Below, piece after piece: positions 1 through 11,700 of a stretch of DNA of 57,236 nucleotides. The stretch is taken from contig CAZWPQ010000005.1 in assembly GCA_964636085.1 (NCBI GenBank), forward strand, positions 32,730 through 89,965, read 5' to 3'. Each line of letters opens with the position of its first letter. Position 1 is the stretch's first letter. The notes beneath the pieces are model-generated. The model was not told the origin of the DNA. It saw nothing but the letters and a program-made list of their open reading frames with translations, and ran no database searches. A program made the position numbers and the translations under genes. This DNA comes from an uncultured Nitrososphaerota archaeon (GTDB lineage: Archaea > Asgardarchaeota > Njordarchaeia > Njordarchaeales > Panguiarchaeaceae).

Positions 1-3000
1 GAGTACCAGTAGGGAGACTGTGCCCAGACATCACGAGGAATAGCGATCCAGTACACATCATTCTCCTCGTCATAGGAGGCAGTCCAAGCATTCCACTCAC
101 CATCATTGAACCTCCACCAAATAGTCACATTGTCAACACCACTCTCATCATACACAGTCACATTGATATAGATACCGCCCAGATAATTGTCATAGATCAT
201 ACCAGTATCATTACCAGTAAACGACACACTGGTTATCTGCGGAGCATCATCGTCATCATCAACAATAACCGGGCCAGGATGCACACCAGTATCAGACATC
301 AACTGATCATTAGGCCTATCCATATCCGCGTCCCACACCACAATACGATAATATATCGTCAGATTGGTCGAGTACCAGTAGGGAGACTGTGCCCAGACAT
401 CACGAGGAATAGCGATCCAGTACAAATCTCCCTCATTATTGGGTGTCCATGCATTCCATTCGCCATCATTGAATCTCCAGTAGAAGGTTACGTTGTCTAT
501 TCCACTTTCATCTGTTATCGTAGCGTTTATGTATATTGCTCCCTGATAATAATCATATATCATTCCCGTATCATTTCCAGTGTATGTTATTTGTGATATT
601 GATGGGGCGTTTGTGTCATCATCATATATTATTGGGCCCTGCATCTCCCCCGTGTCTGTGTATAGTTGATCATCTAGCCTGTCGATATCAGCGTCCCATA
701 CTACTATCCTATAGTATATGGTTATTTGATATTGCTCCCACTCTTGGGCGGATGCCCAAAGGGATCTCTCGATAATTATGTAGTAGTTGTCTCCTTCGAC
801 GTACGGGTCCCATTGATACCAGCTACCATTGTTGAACCTCCAGTAGAATGTAACGTTCCATATGCCGCTCTCATCTGTTATTGTTGCATTTATATATATG
901 TCTCCCATATAGTTATCATATACAAAGCCTGTGTCATTTCCAGTGTATGATATACTTGTGATCTGTGGCGATGTTGTGTCGTCATCGAATATTTTTCCAG
1001 CATCTCCAATATTTGATACTAGTTTTGACCTGTCCATGTCTCCACGATCGTCATCATTGTCGTAGGCCACTACATAGTAGTATATCGTGATATAGTTTGA
1101 CCCTTCCCACGCACTAGTTGTTGACCATATCTCTTTGCTTATAGATATCCAGTATACATTGCCTTCAACATTCGGGCTTAGGGAGTAGAATGTATTATTA
1201 TCAAAGCTGTAGTATATCGTGGCATTATATATGCCAGAATCATCGATCAGTGTTATGTTTATGAAGAACGGCCCAGTGTAGTTATCATATATTACTCCGG
1301 TCGTCACGACATCTTCTATTGATGGTGGGTTTGGATCGTCATCATATATTTTCCCGGCCTCTGACATATCTGTAATTGTGGATAGTGAATCATCGTGTCT
1401 ATCATCATCTGCGTCTATAGCTATGACATAATAGTATATCGTAATATAATCTCCCTTGCCCCAGTACTCGCTTGAGGACCATATACTTCTATCTATGGCT
1501 ATATAGTATACATTCCCGTCTTGTTGTGCTTCCCAGCTGTACCATGTCATGTTGTTTATGCTCCATCTTATTGTGACATTGCTTAGGCCGCTCTCGTCGA
1601 TTATTGTTACGTTTATATAGAATGGACTCGTGGCATTATCATACATGATTCCTGAAGTAACCGTATTGTATATCTGGGGTGGTTCTGTATCGTCGTCATA
1701 TATGTTGCCAGCAATATCTATTGGAGAAATCGTAGATAATTCATCGCTTGGTCTGTCGAAATCATTATCCACCGCGATTATCTGGTAATATATCGTTATG
1801 AATGTAGCACCTTCCCACACATCTGATGCTGCCCATAGGCTTTTGCTTATGGCTATCCAATATACTCCGTTCGTGTAGTTGGCCCTCCAAGAGTGCCAGG
1901 TATTGTTGTCTATGCTCCATTTTATAGTCACATTGGATAGCCCGCTTTGGTCTATTATTGTAGCATTTATATAGAATGCATCAGTATAGTTATCATATAT
2001 GTTTCCTGTGGTGGTTACTGATTGTATTGATGGTTTCGTCGTATCATCATCATAGATTTTTCCTGCCTCACTAATACTTGTTTCTGTTGATAATTGATCA
2101 TGCGCCCTGTCCTGATCAGAGTCCCATGCAACTATGTAGTAGTAGATTGTTATATATGTTCTTCCTTCCCACGCACTTGTAGATCCCCATATGCTCTTGT
2201 CTATAGCTATATAATATATATCAGTGTTTTCCACTCTTGTGGGCGTCCATTCATTCCATTCTAGATCCTCAAATCTCCAATAGAATGTTACATTATATAG
2301 CCCACTTCTATCTGTGATTGTTGCATTTATATAGAAGACCCCCGTATGGTTATCATAGATTATACCAGAGGTTACGATATTGGAAATAGTTGGTGGGTCC
2401 GTATCGTCGTCATAGATTTTGCCAGCCTCTGCGATCTGCGTCGTTCTTGTCTTGGAGTCATATATCCTATCATTATCCGCATCAGTTGCAATTATCTGGT
2501 AGTATATAGATATGTATGTCCTATTCATCCATAGATCCTCCGAGGCCCACAGGCTTTTATCTATTTCTATCCAGTAGAAATTACCTGTATTGTTTGGAGT
2601 CCATTCATACCATAACTCTTGATCAAAGCTCCACCTGAATAATACATATATAAGTCCCGAATAATCGGTTATTGTGGCGTTTATGTAATAGGGACGAGAA
2701 GTATTATCATATATAATACCGCTAGTATATGGCGTTATGGAAGGCGGATTAGGGTCATCATCAGTTATTGTTCCAGCTATGCTAGGGTTTGTCTGCATTT
2801 GGGATTGGTCATATACTCTATCGTTATCATTGTCTATGGCCCAGATATAATAGTATATTGTTATTTCATCACTATATTGCCATTCTGGTGCATTTGACCA
2901 TTCGGATCTTGCAATAATTATGTACCACGCCTTAACGCCTAGCGTTGCATCTCTTTCATCCCAGCTGGAGTTATCATATGACCAGTATATTTTAACTGAT

Positions 3001-3485
3001 GCTACACCACTAGCATCCGATAGCACTACACTTATGTTAAAGCCTTCTGTATAGTTATCATAGATATTACCAGTCGTTATTATACTAACTACTGATGGCG
3101 GGTCTGGATCATCATCATATATTTTTCCGGCGTATATGGGGCTTGTCTTCGAACCATAGTTAGATGTCATGTCGTCATTGGGCCTATCATTGTCTCCATC
3201 AGTAGCAACTATATAGTAGTATATTCTAAGTTCTGTTCTTCCATTCCATAGTTCTGTTGTCTCCCAGTTCGACTTATCTATCGTTATCTCCCATATGTCC
3301 CCACCAATATTTGTGGCATCCCAATAGTTCCAAGAACCATCCTCGAATCTCCATACAATCTCTACGGAGGCTACCCCAGATGCATCAGTTACTTGGGCCC
3401 TTATATAATACTCTGTACTATTGTCATATATGTCTCCAGCCGTTTCTATGTTGGATATGCTGGGGCCTAATTTGTCGTCATCATC
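1..3485 (-). repeat. Intragenic tandem repeat array with a 353-369 bp period (118-123 aa), at least 10 copies, continuing past the left edge
   Basis: Acidic linker codons (plus-strand gtcatcatcat / gtcgtcatc, encoding DDD on the minus strand) recur near 250, 615, 975, 1335, 1690, 2045, 2400, 2755, 3108 and 3474. A translated copy reads DDDTTSPQITSISYTGNDTGFVYDNYMGDIYINATITDESGIWNVTFYWRFNNGSWYQWDP...ITIYYRIVVWDADIDRLDDQ. Confidence 0.85.
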
Positions 3486-5576
3486 TATAAATATCGAATA
3501 TGTCACTGTATATACAATGTTTCCAGCAACATCTTGAGCGTAGGATTCCCAATAAAGATGCTCTCCTATATGCTGCTTCCACTCAGTTACACTAATAGCA
3601 TAGGTATATGTATTCCCCGTATTAGAGGTTGGATCAAGCCAACTCGTATAGTCGACCCATCCCTCGTATTTGTATCTAAATTTAACCACGCTGATCCCGC
3701 CTCCCTCGTCAAACCAATTTATGGTTAGTACTATGTCATCCGTCTTATTATCATATATCGTACCTGTAGGGCCCGCATTTTGGTACCATGGATTCGACAC
3801 ATCGAGTTTGAATGGACCCTCTTGGAGGCTATCGGCTGTATTTCCAGCCCTGTCCTCCGCACGAATGATTATATCATAGTTCCCCGTAGGCAGATTTGTT
3901 ACATTGTATGTAGTTGATGTCCCCGCATTATAGGTGTTATAATATACCCCATCTTTGTATACTATTACTAAATATCTTCTTATTCCACTCATATCGTCGC
4001 TTGAAGCCGACCATGTTACCGTAATCCAGTTTTGGCTAACCCAGACATCGGTTGTTGGATTGTAACCTGTAATCGATGGTGCTGTTGGGGGCGACGTATC
4101 TATGTTTACCCCATGTTCCCAGTATATTTCCCATACCTTGGTGCCATTTACAGAGTACCTATTTTTGAGGCCATTCCAGAATTCATATATTGTCGTTGGG
4201 TTATCATTGTCAACAACCCCCCATATATAACTGAAAGGTATACTATAGTAATCCCCAACACCGTCGCCAGCTTGGTCATCATTTACAGTATCATACAGAT
4301 CCCATAATATCCCGGCCACAGCTCCACAGATATCTGCATCATTTACCGAATAATCAGAGTCGTACTGTGTCTCGAGATTATATGTGTTTGGATAATCATC
4401 ATATATGTATGGTGAAGTCATACCGGCATACTGCTTGACTGCTGATCCGAAGAAGGCTCCAAAACCCTCAACCCATGCTGTTTGCTGATTCTTATGGGCA
4501 CTCCAGTCGAATCCCATAGATGGTGATAATACAGAGTATTGCTTTAGTAGATATTTTGCATATTCCTTGAGCACCAATGACATGTCCTCCCAATCTTTAT
4601 AATCCTCAACGCCAGAAACATAGAGTATATTCGCATTATCATCATAATACATGGACTCATATTGATCACTAAACTCTACAGTTATTGGGTTTGGAGTTAT
4701 CCCTACGGTCGCCTGCATGAATTTTACTGCCTCTTGTATGTACCAAAGCACCAATGCTGCTCCCGCTGGGTTGGGATTTGATACATAATAATTGCCATTA
4801 GCATCGGTGTCGACATTTCTAACAACTAATGTCTCCTCCAATATATACCTTACACTCTTACCACTTGACGCAGACACATGATAGTATTCTTGATCAATGT
4901 CATATTGGCCAGCTTGGCCACCCTCATCAGAGAGATATATACTTACCGCTGTGTCATCGGGCACTTCAGAGTGATCATCGTACATTCTGACATAGTAGGT
5001 GGACCCAGACCTCTGAATTACCGCATAACTGGTGTCTAGATACATCCTTAGGAAAACATCCTGGTTGCCGTATGCACCCAACCATCCATCAGTATTGTCA
5101 AAAGATATCTCAAAGAACCCCGCGCTATCCGTCCTAGCGCTCCCTAGGGGATCCTCTGTACCATCTCCGTCTATATCCCATGCCTCAACAAGTATATCCT
5201 CAAGAGGATGAAAGCCATATGCGTCTTTGACACCAACGTACCCGTATACTTTGGCCCATCCCCCTGTGGGGTTTGATACACTCCTATCTAGTGGTACAAT
5301 TTCATAGCCTAGATATATCCTATCACTCGCTCCAGCCATGACTTCAAGTTTATTATTGTTTTTAGGTTCTTTTTTCAGTATTATTTGCCCGTAAGCTATT
5401 GTTTTGCCGTTAGACTGCTCTATTTTAACCTTATGTTTTATGACCTTTATTATAGCGTCAGCCAGGTCTTCTGCCTTTTTGTCTATCGATTTCGGCTTTA
5501 TTTCTCTAAACTTTATGTCTGCTAGGCCAGCCACTATTATGACTACTAATATTGTTATATTCTTCCAATTTCCCAT
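1..5576 (-). CDS. Giant secreted/surface protein, N-terminal 1858 codons only (C-terminus lies beyond the left window edge). Order of parts: signal/anchor, prealbumin-like domain, degenerate zincin-like domain, acidic Ca-binding-type loop, FN3/Ig-like modules, then at least 10 tandem ~120-aa repeats.
   Basis: Own minus-strand translation from ATG 5576-5574 gives MGNWKNITILVVIIVAGLADIKFREIKPKS... then ..VYGYVGVKDAYGFHPLEDILVEAWDIDGDG..SARTDSAGFFEISFDNTDGW... The codon phase at the left edge (..VYWIAIPRDVWAQSPYWYS) matches the phase of the ATG. The track lists no minus-strand ORF here, as expected for a frame that never reaches a stop inside the window, and shows only short plus-strand shadow ORFs. 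The protein is colinear with the N-terminal ~900 aa of the 14771..20011 product. I did not check every codon for stops. Confidence 0.8.
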   Translation of the reverse strand, partial: MGNWKNITILVVIIVAGLADIKFREIKPKSIDKKAEDLADAIIKVIKHKVKIEQSNGKTIAYGQIILKKEPKNNNKLEVMAGASDRIYLGYEIVPLDRSVSNPTGGWAKVYGYVGVKDAYGFHPLEDILVEAWDIDGDGTEDPLGSARTDSAGFFEISFDNTDGWLGAYGNQDVFLRMYLDTSYAVIQRSGSTYYVRMYDDHSEVPDDTAVSIYLSDEGGQAGQYDIDQEYYHVSASSGKSVRYILEETLVVRNVDTDANGNYYVSNPNPAGAALVLWYIQEAVKFMQATVGITPNPITVEFSDQYESMYYDDNANILYVSGVEDYKDWEDMSLVLKEYAKYLLKQYSVLSPSMGFDWSAHKNQQTAWVEGFGAFFGSAVKQYAGMTSPYIYDDYPNTYNLETQYDSDYSVNDADICGAVAGILWDLYDTVNDDQAGDGVGDYYSIPFSYIWGVVDNDNPTTIYEFWNGLKNRYSVNGTKVWEIYWEHGVNIDTSPPTAPSITGYNPTTDVWVSQNWITVTWSASSDDMSGIRRYLVIVYKDGVYYNTYNAGTSTTYNVTNLPTGNYDIIIRAEDRAGNTADSLQEGPFKLDVSNPWYQNAGPTGTIYDNKTDDIVLTINWFDEGGGISVVKFRYKYEGWVDYTSWLDPTSNTGNTYTYAISVTEWKQHIGEHLYWESYAQDVAGNIVYTVTYSIFIDDDDKLGPSISNIETAGDIYDNSTEYYIRAQVTDASGVASVEIVWRFEDGSWNYWDATNIGGDIWEITIDKSNWETTELWNGRTELRIYYYIVATDGDNDRPNDDMTSNYGSKTSPIYAGKIYDDDPDPPSVVSIITTGNIYDNYTEGFNISVVLSDASGVASVKIYWSYDNSSWDERDATLGVKAWYIIIARSEWSNAPEWQYSDEITIYYYIWAIDNDNDRVYDQSQMQTNPSIAGTITDDDPNPPSITPYTSGIIYDNTSRPYYINATITDYSGLIYVLFRWSFDQELWYEWTPNNTGNFYWIEIDKSLWASEDLWMNRTYISIYYQIIATDADNDRIYDSKTRTTQIAEAGKIYDDDTDPPTISNIVTSGIIYDNHTGVFYINATITDRSGLYNVTFYWRFEDLEWNEWTPTRVENTDIYYIAIDKSIWGSTSAWEGRTYITIYYYIVAWDSDQDRAHDQLSTETSISEAGKIYDDDTTKPSIQSVTTTGNIYDNYTDAFYINATIIDQSGLSNVTIKWSIDNNTWHSWRANYTNGVYWIAISKSLWAASDVWEGATFITIYYQIIAVDNDFDRPSDELSTISPIDIAGNIYDDDTEPPQIYNTVTSGIMYDNATSPFYINVTIIDESGLSNVTIRWSINNMTWYSWEAQQDGNVYYIAIDRSIWSSSEYWGKGDYITIYYYVIAIDADDDRHDDSLSTITDMSEAGKIYDDDPNPPSIEDVVTTGVIYDNYTGPFFINITLIDDSGIYNATIYYSFDNNTFYSLSPNVEGNVYWISISKEIWSTTSAWEGSNYITIYYYVVAYDNDDDRGDMDRSKLVSNIGDAGKIFDDDTTSPQITSISYTGNDTGFVYDNYMGDIYINATITDESGIWNVTFYWRFNNGSWYQWDPYVEGDNYYIIIERSLWASAQEWEQYQITIYYRIVVWDADIDRLDDQLYTDTGEMQGPIIYDDDTNAPSISQITYTGNDTGMIYDYYQGAIYINATITDESGIDNVTFYWRFNDGEWNAWTPNNEGDLYWIAIPRDVWAQSPYWYSTNLTIYYRIVVWDADMDRPNDQLMSDTGVHPGPVIVDDDDDAPQITSVSFTGNDTGMIYDNYLGGIYINVTVYDESGVDNVTIWWRFNDGEWNAWTASYDEENDVYWIAIPRDVWAQSPYWY

Positions 5577-5737
5577 ATAGTTACCCTTATCCTTTATTGA
5601 CAGAAAGTTGCGACTTGGAGATAATGATGTTAAAGTACTAGTAGAAAGTTGCCTTTACCCAAGGTAAAGCTAATGGAGAAAAACGTGGAAAAATGTGAGT
5701 GAATACTAAATAATGATGTATGTTCTAATAACATAAC

Positions 5738-5757
5738 AAAAAAATTATTTAAAAAAA
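5738..5757 (-). terminator. Oligo-T tract pair (T7...T7 on the minus strand) just downstream of the 2966-aa gene stop; archaeal-type terminator candidate
   Basis: Plus-strand A7 at 5738-5744 and A7 at 5751-5757, 11-30 nt beyond the stop codon at 5768-5770. Confidence 0.45.
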
Positions 5758-5767
5758 CCAAGATCTT

Positions 5768-8700
5768 TTATCTATGATAGTTTCCAGAGTAATCTGGCTC
5801 GCTTGTATCGATGGCTCCGTCACATGAGTCATAGAAGTATAGCCCAGATACGGATGTATTGACAGTATAATTCGCATTTGGATGTGGCTTTACTACTATT
5901 GTTCCATTGGTATCCCTCATAACAATAAATCTATGTACATGGTAATAATCATGGAGCTCCCAGTATACTGTGGTTGATAGCGTAATATTACCATTTATGA
6001 CATTGGGGTTATAATCCCCGGAAGTTATGTAGAACATTGGTGTGTAGTAGTATATCACCCACCAAAACATCAGGAACTCTACTTCATAGCTAAACATTAC
6101 CATAACCCACATGTCGCCATCCTCTATGCCCTCCCAATTCAAAAGGTAGTATGCGTCCCCATTCGCATTTTCTTGCTCCGCTTTGCCTTGCGCAGTGAAT
6201 GCTTCATCATTGTATTTCTGGTCGACATCTATGTTGCCAAAGTAGTCGTGGTGTCCGTCTGTCCATTCTATGTCCAATCTAGCGGATAGAGTGTATGATC
6301 CGCCAGTACCGAACCATACCGCATAATCTGGAAGGCTTGTCGGGGCATCAACCATTATTGGAGCGATCCAATAGTTGTTACTGCTATGTGCTAGGGGGTT
6401 TGATGCTGGATCCAATGCCTTGAATTCCTCGACCTCGCTATACTTATGTGTACCATTGTCCGAAAAACCTCCCGATGCTGGGGGATCATCTGGACATGTA
6501 TCCGTATCCTCAAAGAATATTGGGTCGTCGTCCCAAGTAATCAACATGTAATAATATGTTAACCATTCTGGGCTCATGGGCACCTCAATTTCAAAAGTAA
6601 CATCTGCATAAACACCTTCATTTAGATTCCAACCTACGCTCCAGCTCTTGAGTCCATTAAACTTAATAACATCAGATAATGATGATGGATCATATATTCC
6701 AGTGAAATTCAATACGTCGATGGTTATGTTCTCGATGTAGCATCCCCACATCTCCAGACTAAAGGTTACATTGAGAATACTGAAATTGTATTGATGAAGC
6801 TTAACCATGCTCCATAGCCAGTCCTTTAGTGCACTTTCTGGCATTCTAGGCCGCAACCTATTTACCCTCCATAATCTTACATATGCAAAGAATGTATTGT
6901 TTGAATCTTCTACAAGAGTTAGGTTATCTATGTATATCTCGCCTATAAAGTCTTCTTCATTCCCCGAGGCAATCGATCCATTCTCATAGATTCCCGTGAA
7001 TACCATTCTGGCCCTGAAGTTTATCAGGGATACATTAAACCCAAAGCCACCAGTTTGTTGGACATATTTAATGAGTGTCCAGTTGTAATCCCAGACGTTA
7101 ATGTATGCTGGGTCGCGCTCCCAGATTTTCTCTGCATAGGCAATAGAGTTCTCAACGCCGCCATAGAGCTCATCGTTTTTGTCAAACCAATTTCCATATC
7201 CAATTGGCTCTAAGTATACTACTTCGGCGTTCACACTGTTGACCTGTTCCTCAACCATCGAATCTAGTGCTCCCTGTATCGTGTCTAGGGTTATGATATA
7301 TGCAAACTTCGCCGAGAGGGCTTCTAGACCTGTTATATTTACTCCGAATATCTCCAAATTAATAATGGTATCCGCCCACACCGATATTTCCCAATTATGC
7401 AGAACATTATCAAGAAATTGTTGCAAATATTCATTCTTGAAGAAAACTATATCGATACTTATCTCTCCTGTATCATTGGCAGAAACCTCAAGATCACCCA
7501 CTAATCTTTGCAGCGCAAATACTGTTGATGCATTTAGTGGATCCATGAACAACCATGTCCTCATGAAGTATATCTTTAGGTTTAGAGCACTCCACAAAGT
7601 TTCATTTAACCTAAAAACGACATGAGTATCATTTTCTGAAACGACCGCCCAACTGACATTCTCAGCCGAGTAACTTATGATGTAATCCAAAAAGCTTGAT
7701 GTATCTATTTCGCCGCTCATTAATGAGTTATAGTAATCATCAACCGCATAGACGGTATCATTATATTTGAACGAGACATAAAGATTGAGATGCTCTGAGC
7801 CAAAAAGATTTATCGTAGTATTACCCCAAATGTCCATCACTACGTTCTTTTTCACTAATAGATCTGTAAGGAATCCCTGCAATGCAGTCTTATTGTTCTT
7901 ATATATTGTCAAATTGACTGTAAATGATGTGTCATTGTGTACGCTCAGCTCAATATATGGAACCACCACACTTGCAACTCTAGCATCTTGGTACATGAGA
8001 TCAGCGACCATGTCATACACATATACAGGAAGTCTCGCATTCTTTACAGTTATATTAAACTGAAGCCTTGCTGTGTTAGCGTCTTCACTAAGTACACATA
8101 TCTGCCCAATGAACATGTCAAACAATGATAATACGCTCGACTGTACCTCGGAGCCTTCTAATTGACTTGAGATGTTCCACCCAAATACTTCCGATAGCGA
8201 TATATTTGTAATATTGAGGCCAAATATACTGATCAAGTCTACATGTACATCCACATTTATTGAAATGATATAATTATTAAGGAGATCTTGAAGAAACGCC
8301 GCCGTCTCCACCTTATCATAAATCACTAAATTCACGCCAATAGACGTATTTGTACCCTTGCTTAGGGATATATTCGAAACGGTCCCAACAATTATTGTTT
8401 CATTACCTTTAGTAAGCGTAAAACTAAGGTTATAGAGCGCCAGGGACACATTCAAGTTATTGATAAATTCTGAGAGTATCTTAAGCTCATATGCATTACA
8501 TCCCTCCTCAAAGTCATAATATCCCCTGATATATTCCATATCCTTATACTGTATCATGGATCCAAAGTCCAGAGGTATTAGCGATCCATTCTCATCTTCA
8601 AGGCCATAAGTCATATTAACTATATCCACAGGTATATTGAACGATAAATATCGTGAGCTTCCGCCAAACAATTGTGCCTCTATTTCCCCATTAACATTTA

Positions 8701-11700
8701 TTGTTGTCGATGATTCTTTGATATACTCATTTATAAATGTTTCTAGAGCTGTTGTGCCACGGTAGACAATAATCCTTATTTCCATCTGGGATTGCTGAGA
8801 AGGCATAAGTTCAGCGGTTTCATTAACAATCAACCGGGCTATTTTGCCCTCCTTGTTCTCGATTAGTAGATCCATATCATATATCTTTATGTAGATTGGT
8901 ATGTCGTCTATATTGACTAACACAGACACATTTGCATATTTCCCATTCTCACCAATTACCTCTATTTTATCCACGGAATACTGCAGTATGTTACTCATCA
9001 CACTATCGGCAGCCTGCGAGATGCTTCCAACAGTATCAAATTCCTGATAAAACGAGAGATTTAGGAATAGCCTTTCAACTTGAGCCCCAAGGAGATATAG
9101 ATCCACATACCCAACAATGGACACATTTACATGGCCCGCAGAAAAGACGTTATCCAGTAGATTATGTGCACCTTTTGTGTCATATATCGTTAATAACATG
9201 TTAATAATCGTGTCATTATATGAATACAGACTATATGGTCCTCCAAATTGGACATGTAACGCTTCCTCCCCCTCTGAATATATTGTTATATCAGCGTTTC
9301 CTAAACGTATTAATGTGTCTAGTGGGCTCCTAGCAGTAACATTAACAGATAGGTTATATGAGTCTCCATCGAATGTTATTTGTCTGATCTCTTCTAGCAT
9401 GAATAATTGATCCATAGGCAATACTATAGAACCTACCCCCCCATTTTCGCCCTGGATATCCGACATCCCACCAGAAATTCTCAAGTCCAATGGTATATTT
9501 CTTATGTCAAACCCAAATATCACCAAGCTTGTAGTACCATTTATCCTTACATCGACAATGCCCCTCTCTACATAGTCCCTAATCAATGTAGCGAGAGCAT
9601 CGTTAGGATATTTGTCATAAAGACGTAGCGTCACATTAAATGTAGAATACTTATTGTAGCTGAGTTCAGCCTGATCGATAAGGATCTCTCCTATATCGCC
9701 ATACTCATTAGAGAATACTATATCAAGATCATAAATGCTTATTGATACTGGAGCATTATCTATTGTAAGGGTCACATTGATTTCTAGATAATCATCATAG
9801 CTCTTGGAGGATACTACTTCAGCACTTATAACCGATGGTAGAATATTTGACATAGCCGACTGATCACCCGTAATCTGGGTTGACAGGTCAATAATCACAT
9901 ATTCAGCAAATGGTATCTTCATGATCTCTAGGCCAAATATGGAGAAACTTGCATTACCACGTATCTCGCCTTCAAATGTCTTATTGATCAGGATGTTCTC
10001 TAGGAATTGTTTTGTGGCGTCGTTATCCTCGAAGATTATCTTGAATACACCCGTTGTATTTCCAAGCGGAGGAGCAACATAAAACTCGTCCATACCCCCA
10101 TATACAACTCTCTCGCCGTAGAAATAGATGGCAAAGTCAAATTCGCCGAATTTGATTGTTGTGTTAACGATATTATTGAATACAAAATATACCCATAGTT
10201 GCCTCTCATCCTTCTGTTCTATGCGCTGTATGCGTAATATCCTATCGATTCCTATCGGGATACCAACATCTCCTATTGTGGTTCCATCGGAGCTATATGC
10301 CACATTACTCATGTTTATGCTGAGTGTGAAATTCCATTCTAGGAAATAGAAACTAAGCTCTCCAATAATACTTACACCCGTTACTTTACTCATCACTAGT
10401 TCCTTTATCAAATCACGGGTGGCATTATTCTTGTAGAGCCTTACGTAGAATTCTAATGACACATTGTCTTCTGAGAGATCAATATCCTGTAGAAGCTCGC
10501 CCTCGAGGGTAATATTGTCATTTTTGTAGATCGATATGTTCATATACCGGACCTTCGCTGGTAACTTTAATATGTTTGATGTGTTTACATCTATAACAAG
10601 CTCAGCATATTCAGTGTTTTCATTAAGAACATCTATGCTTATATTGCATATCTCAAGTTGCCCAAGCGGTATGTCACTACTAGATCCTCCAGAGATAGCG
10701 TTTTTGATATACATCACTATCGGATATGTCATGTTTATGTCGAGTATCTCAATACCAAAGATCGTTATGTTTCCATAGCCATGGAAGGAGCAATTTATGA
10801 GTTCCTCTTCTATAAGATCCCTTAGGAAGTAATATGTATAATCGTTACTATAGAACCATATAGACATGTTTATTTGGGTATTGCTATACGGCTCTATCGT
10901 GAAATGATTCATGTATATCGACACAACTGTTACATTATCCCTCGTAATTTCTATATCGAAGGGGCCTATCTCAGCGCCTATGTCAAAGATATTTTCAAAA
11001 TCTAGACTTAGCTTAAACCTGTGCGTCTTATTACCATTTATATATTCTACACCCATATAACTGAAGTCAGCTATACTTATACTAACGTCGGGGAGGGTAG
11101 CAGTGGTTAATATCTGCGATGATGTTGCGGTAGCTGTGAAGTTCTCAAAATGGAATGGTAGGCTTAAGTTCACCCCAAAAATCTCCATAAAGACGTACCC
11201 ATCTATATCTATTGGATACAACCGACTCTCTAAGGCCCTCCTAAGAAATTCTCTTATGTATTCCATGTCGCTCTTGTAGATAATAAAGTCGAGGTCTATC
11301 TCTGCGGACGAGGAGGGCTCCAAATCAATGATATTATTTAGATGAAGACTTATAGCGGGATCTGGTCTGTTTATAAATGAAAAGTTTGTGGATAACTCAT
11401 ATACCTTAACTGGAAATCTAATCAATCCAGCATCCAATATCACATTGACTTCTGTGATATTTTCATTTTCATTGACTACTGATATACTCCTTATTGATGC
11501 ATTGAATAGACCACCAATATCGTAATATTCAGTAAATCCAGACTGATCGGCTAGATCCATGACTATATTACTAAAGAATTTATACCCGGGAAGCTCAATA
11601 CCGAATATCTTTATGTTTACTGTACCGTTTATCGTAGCATTGAATACATAGTCAACAAGTATTTCTTCTAAGAATTCTCCAAGCTCCTGTTTGCCCTTAA

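Noticed and set aside
1-3485. Regular ~360-bp periodicity that could suggest a satellite or CRISPR-like array
   Set aside because: The period is far too long for CRISPR and there are no short identical repeats with unique spacers. The whole array is one open reading frame encoding a 118-123-aa protein module, so it is an intragenic coding repeat.
279-4307. Eleven plus-strand ORFs of 62-105 aa listed by the track across the left 4.3 kb
   Set aside because: They lie antisense to the long open minus-strand frame of the truncated giant gene. Their translations are low-complexity (I/P/S/Y/C-rich) and recur only because the underlying minus-strand repeat recurs. I treat them as shadow ORFs.
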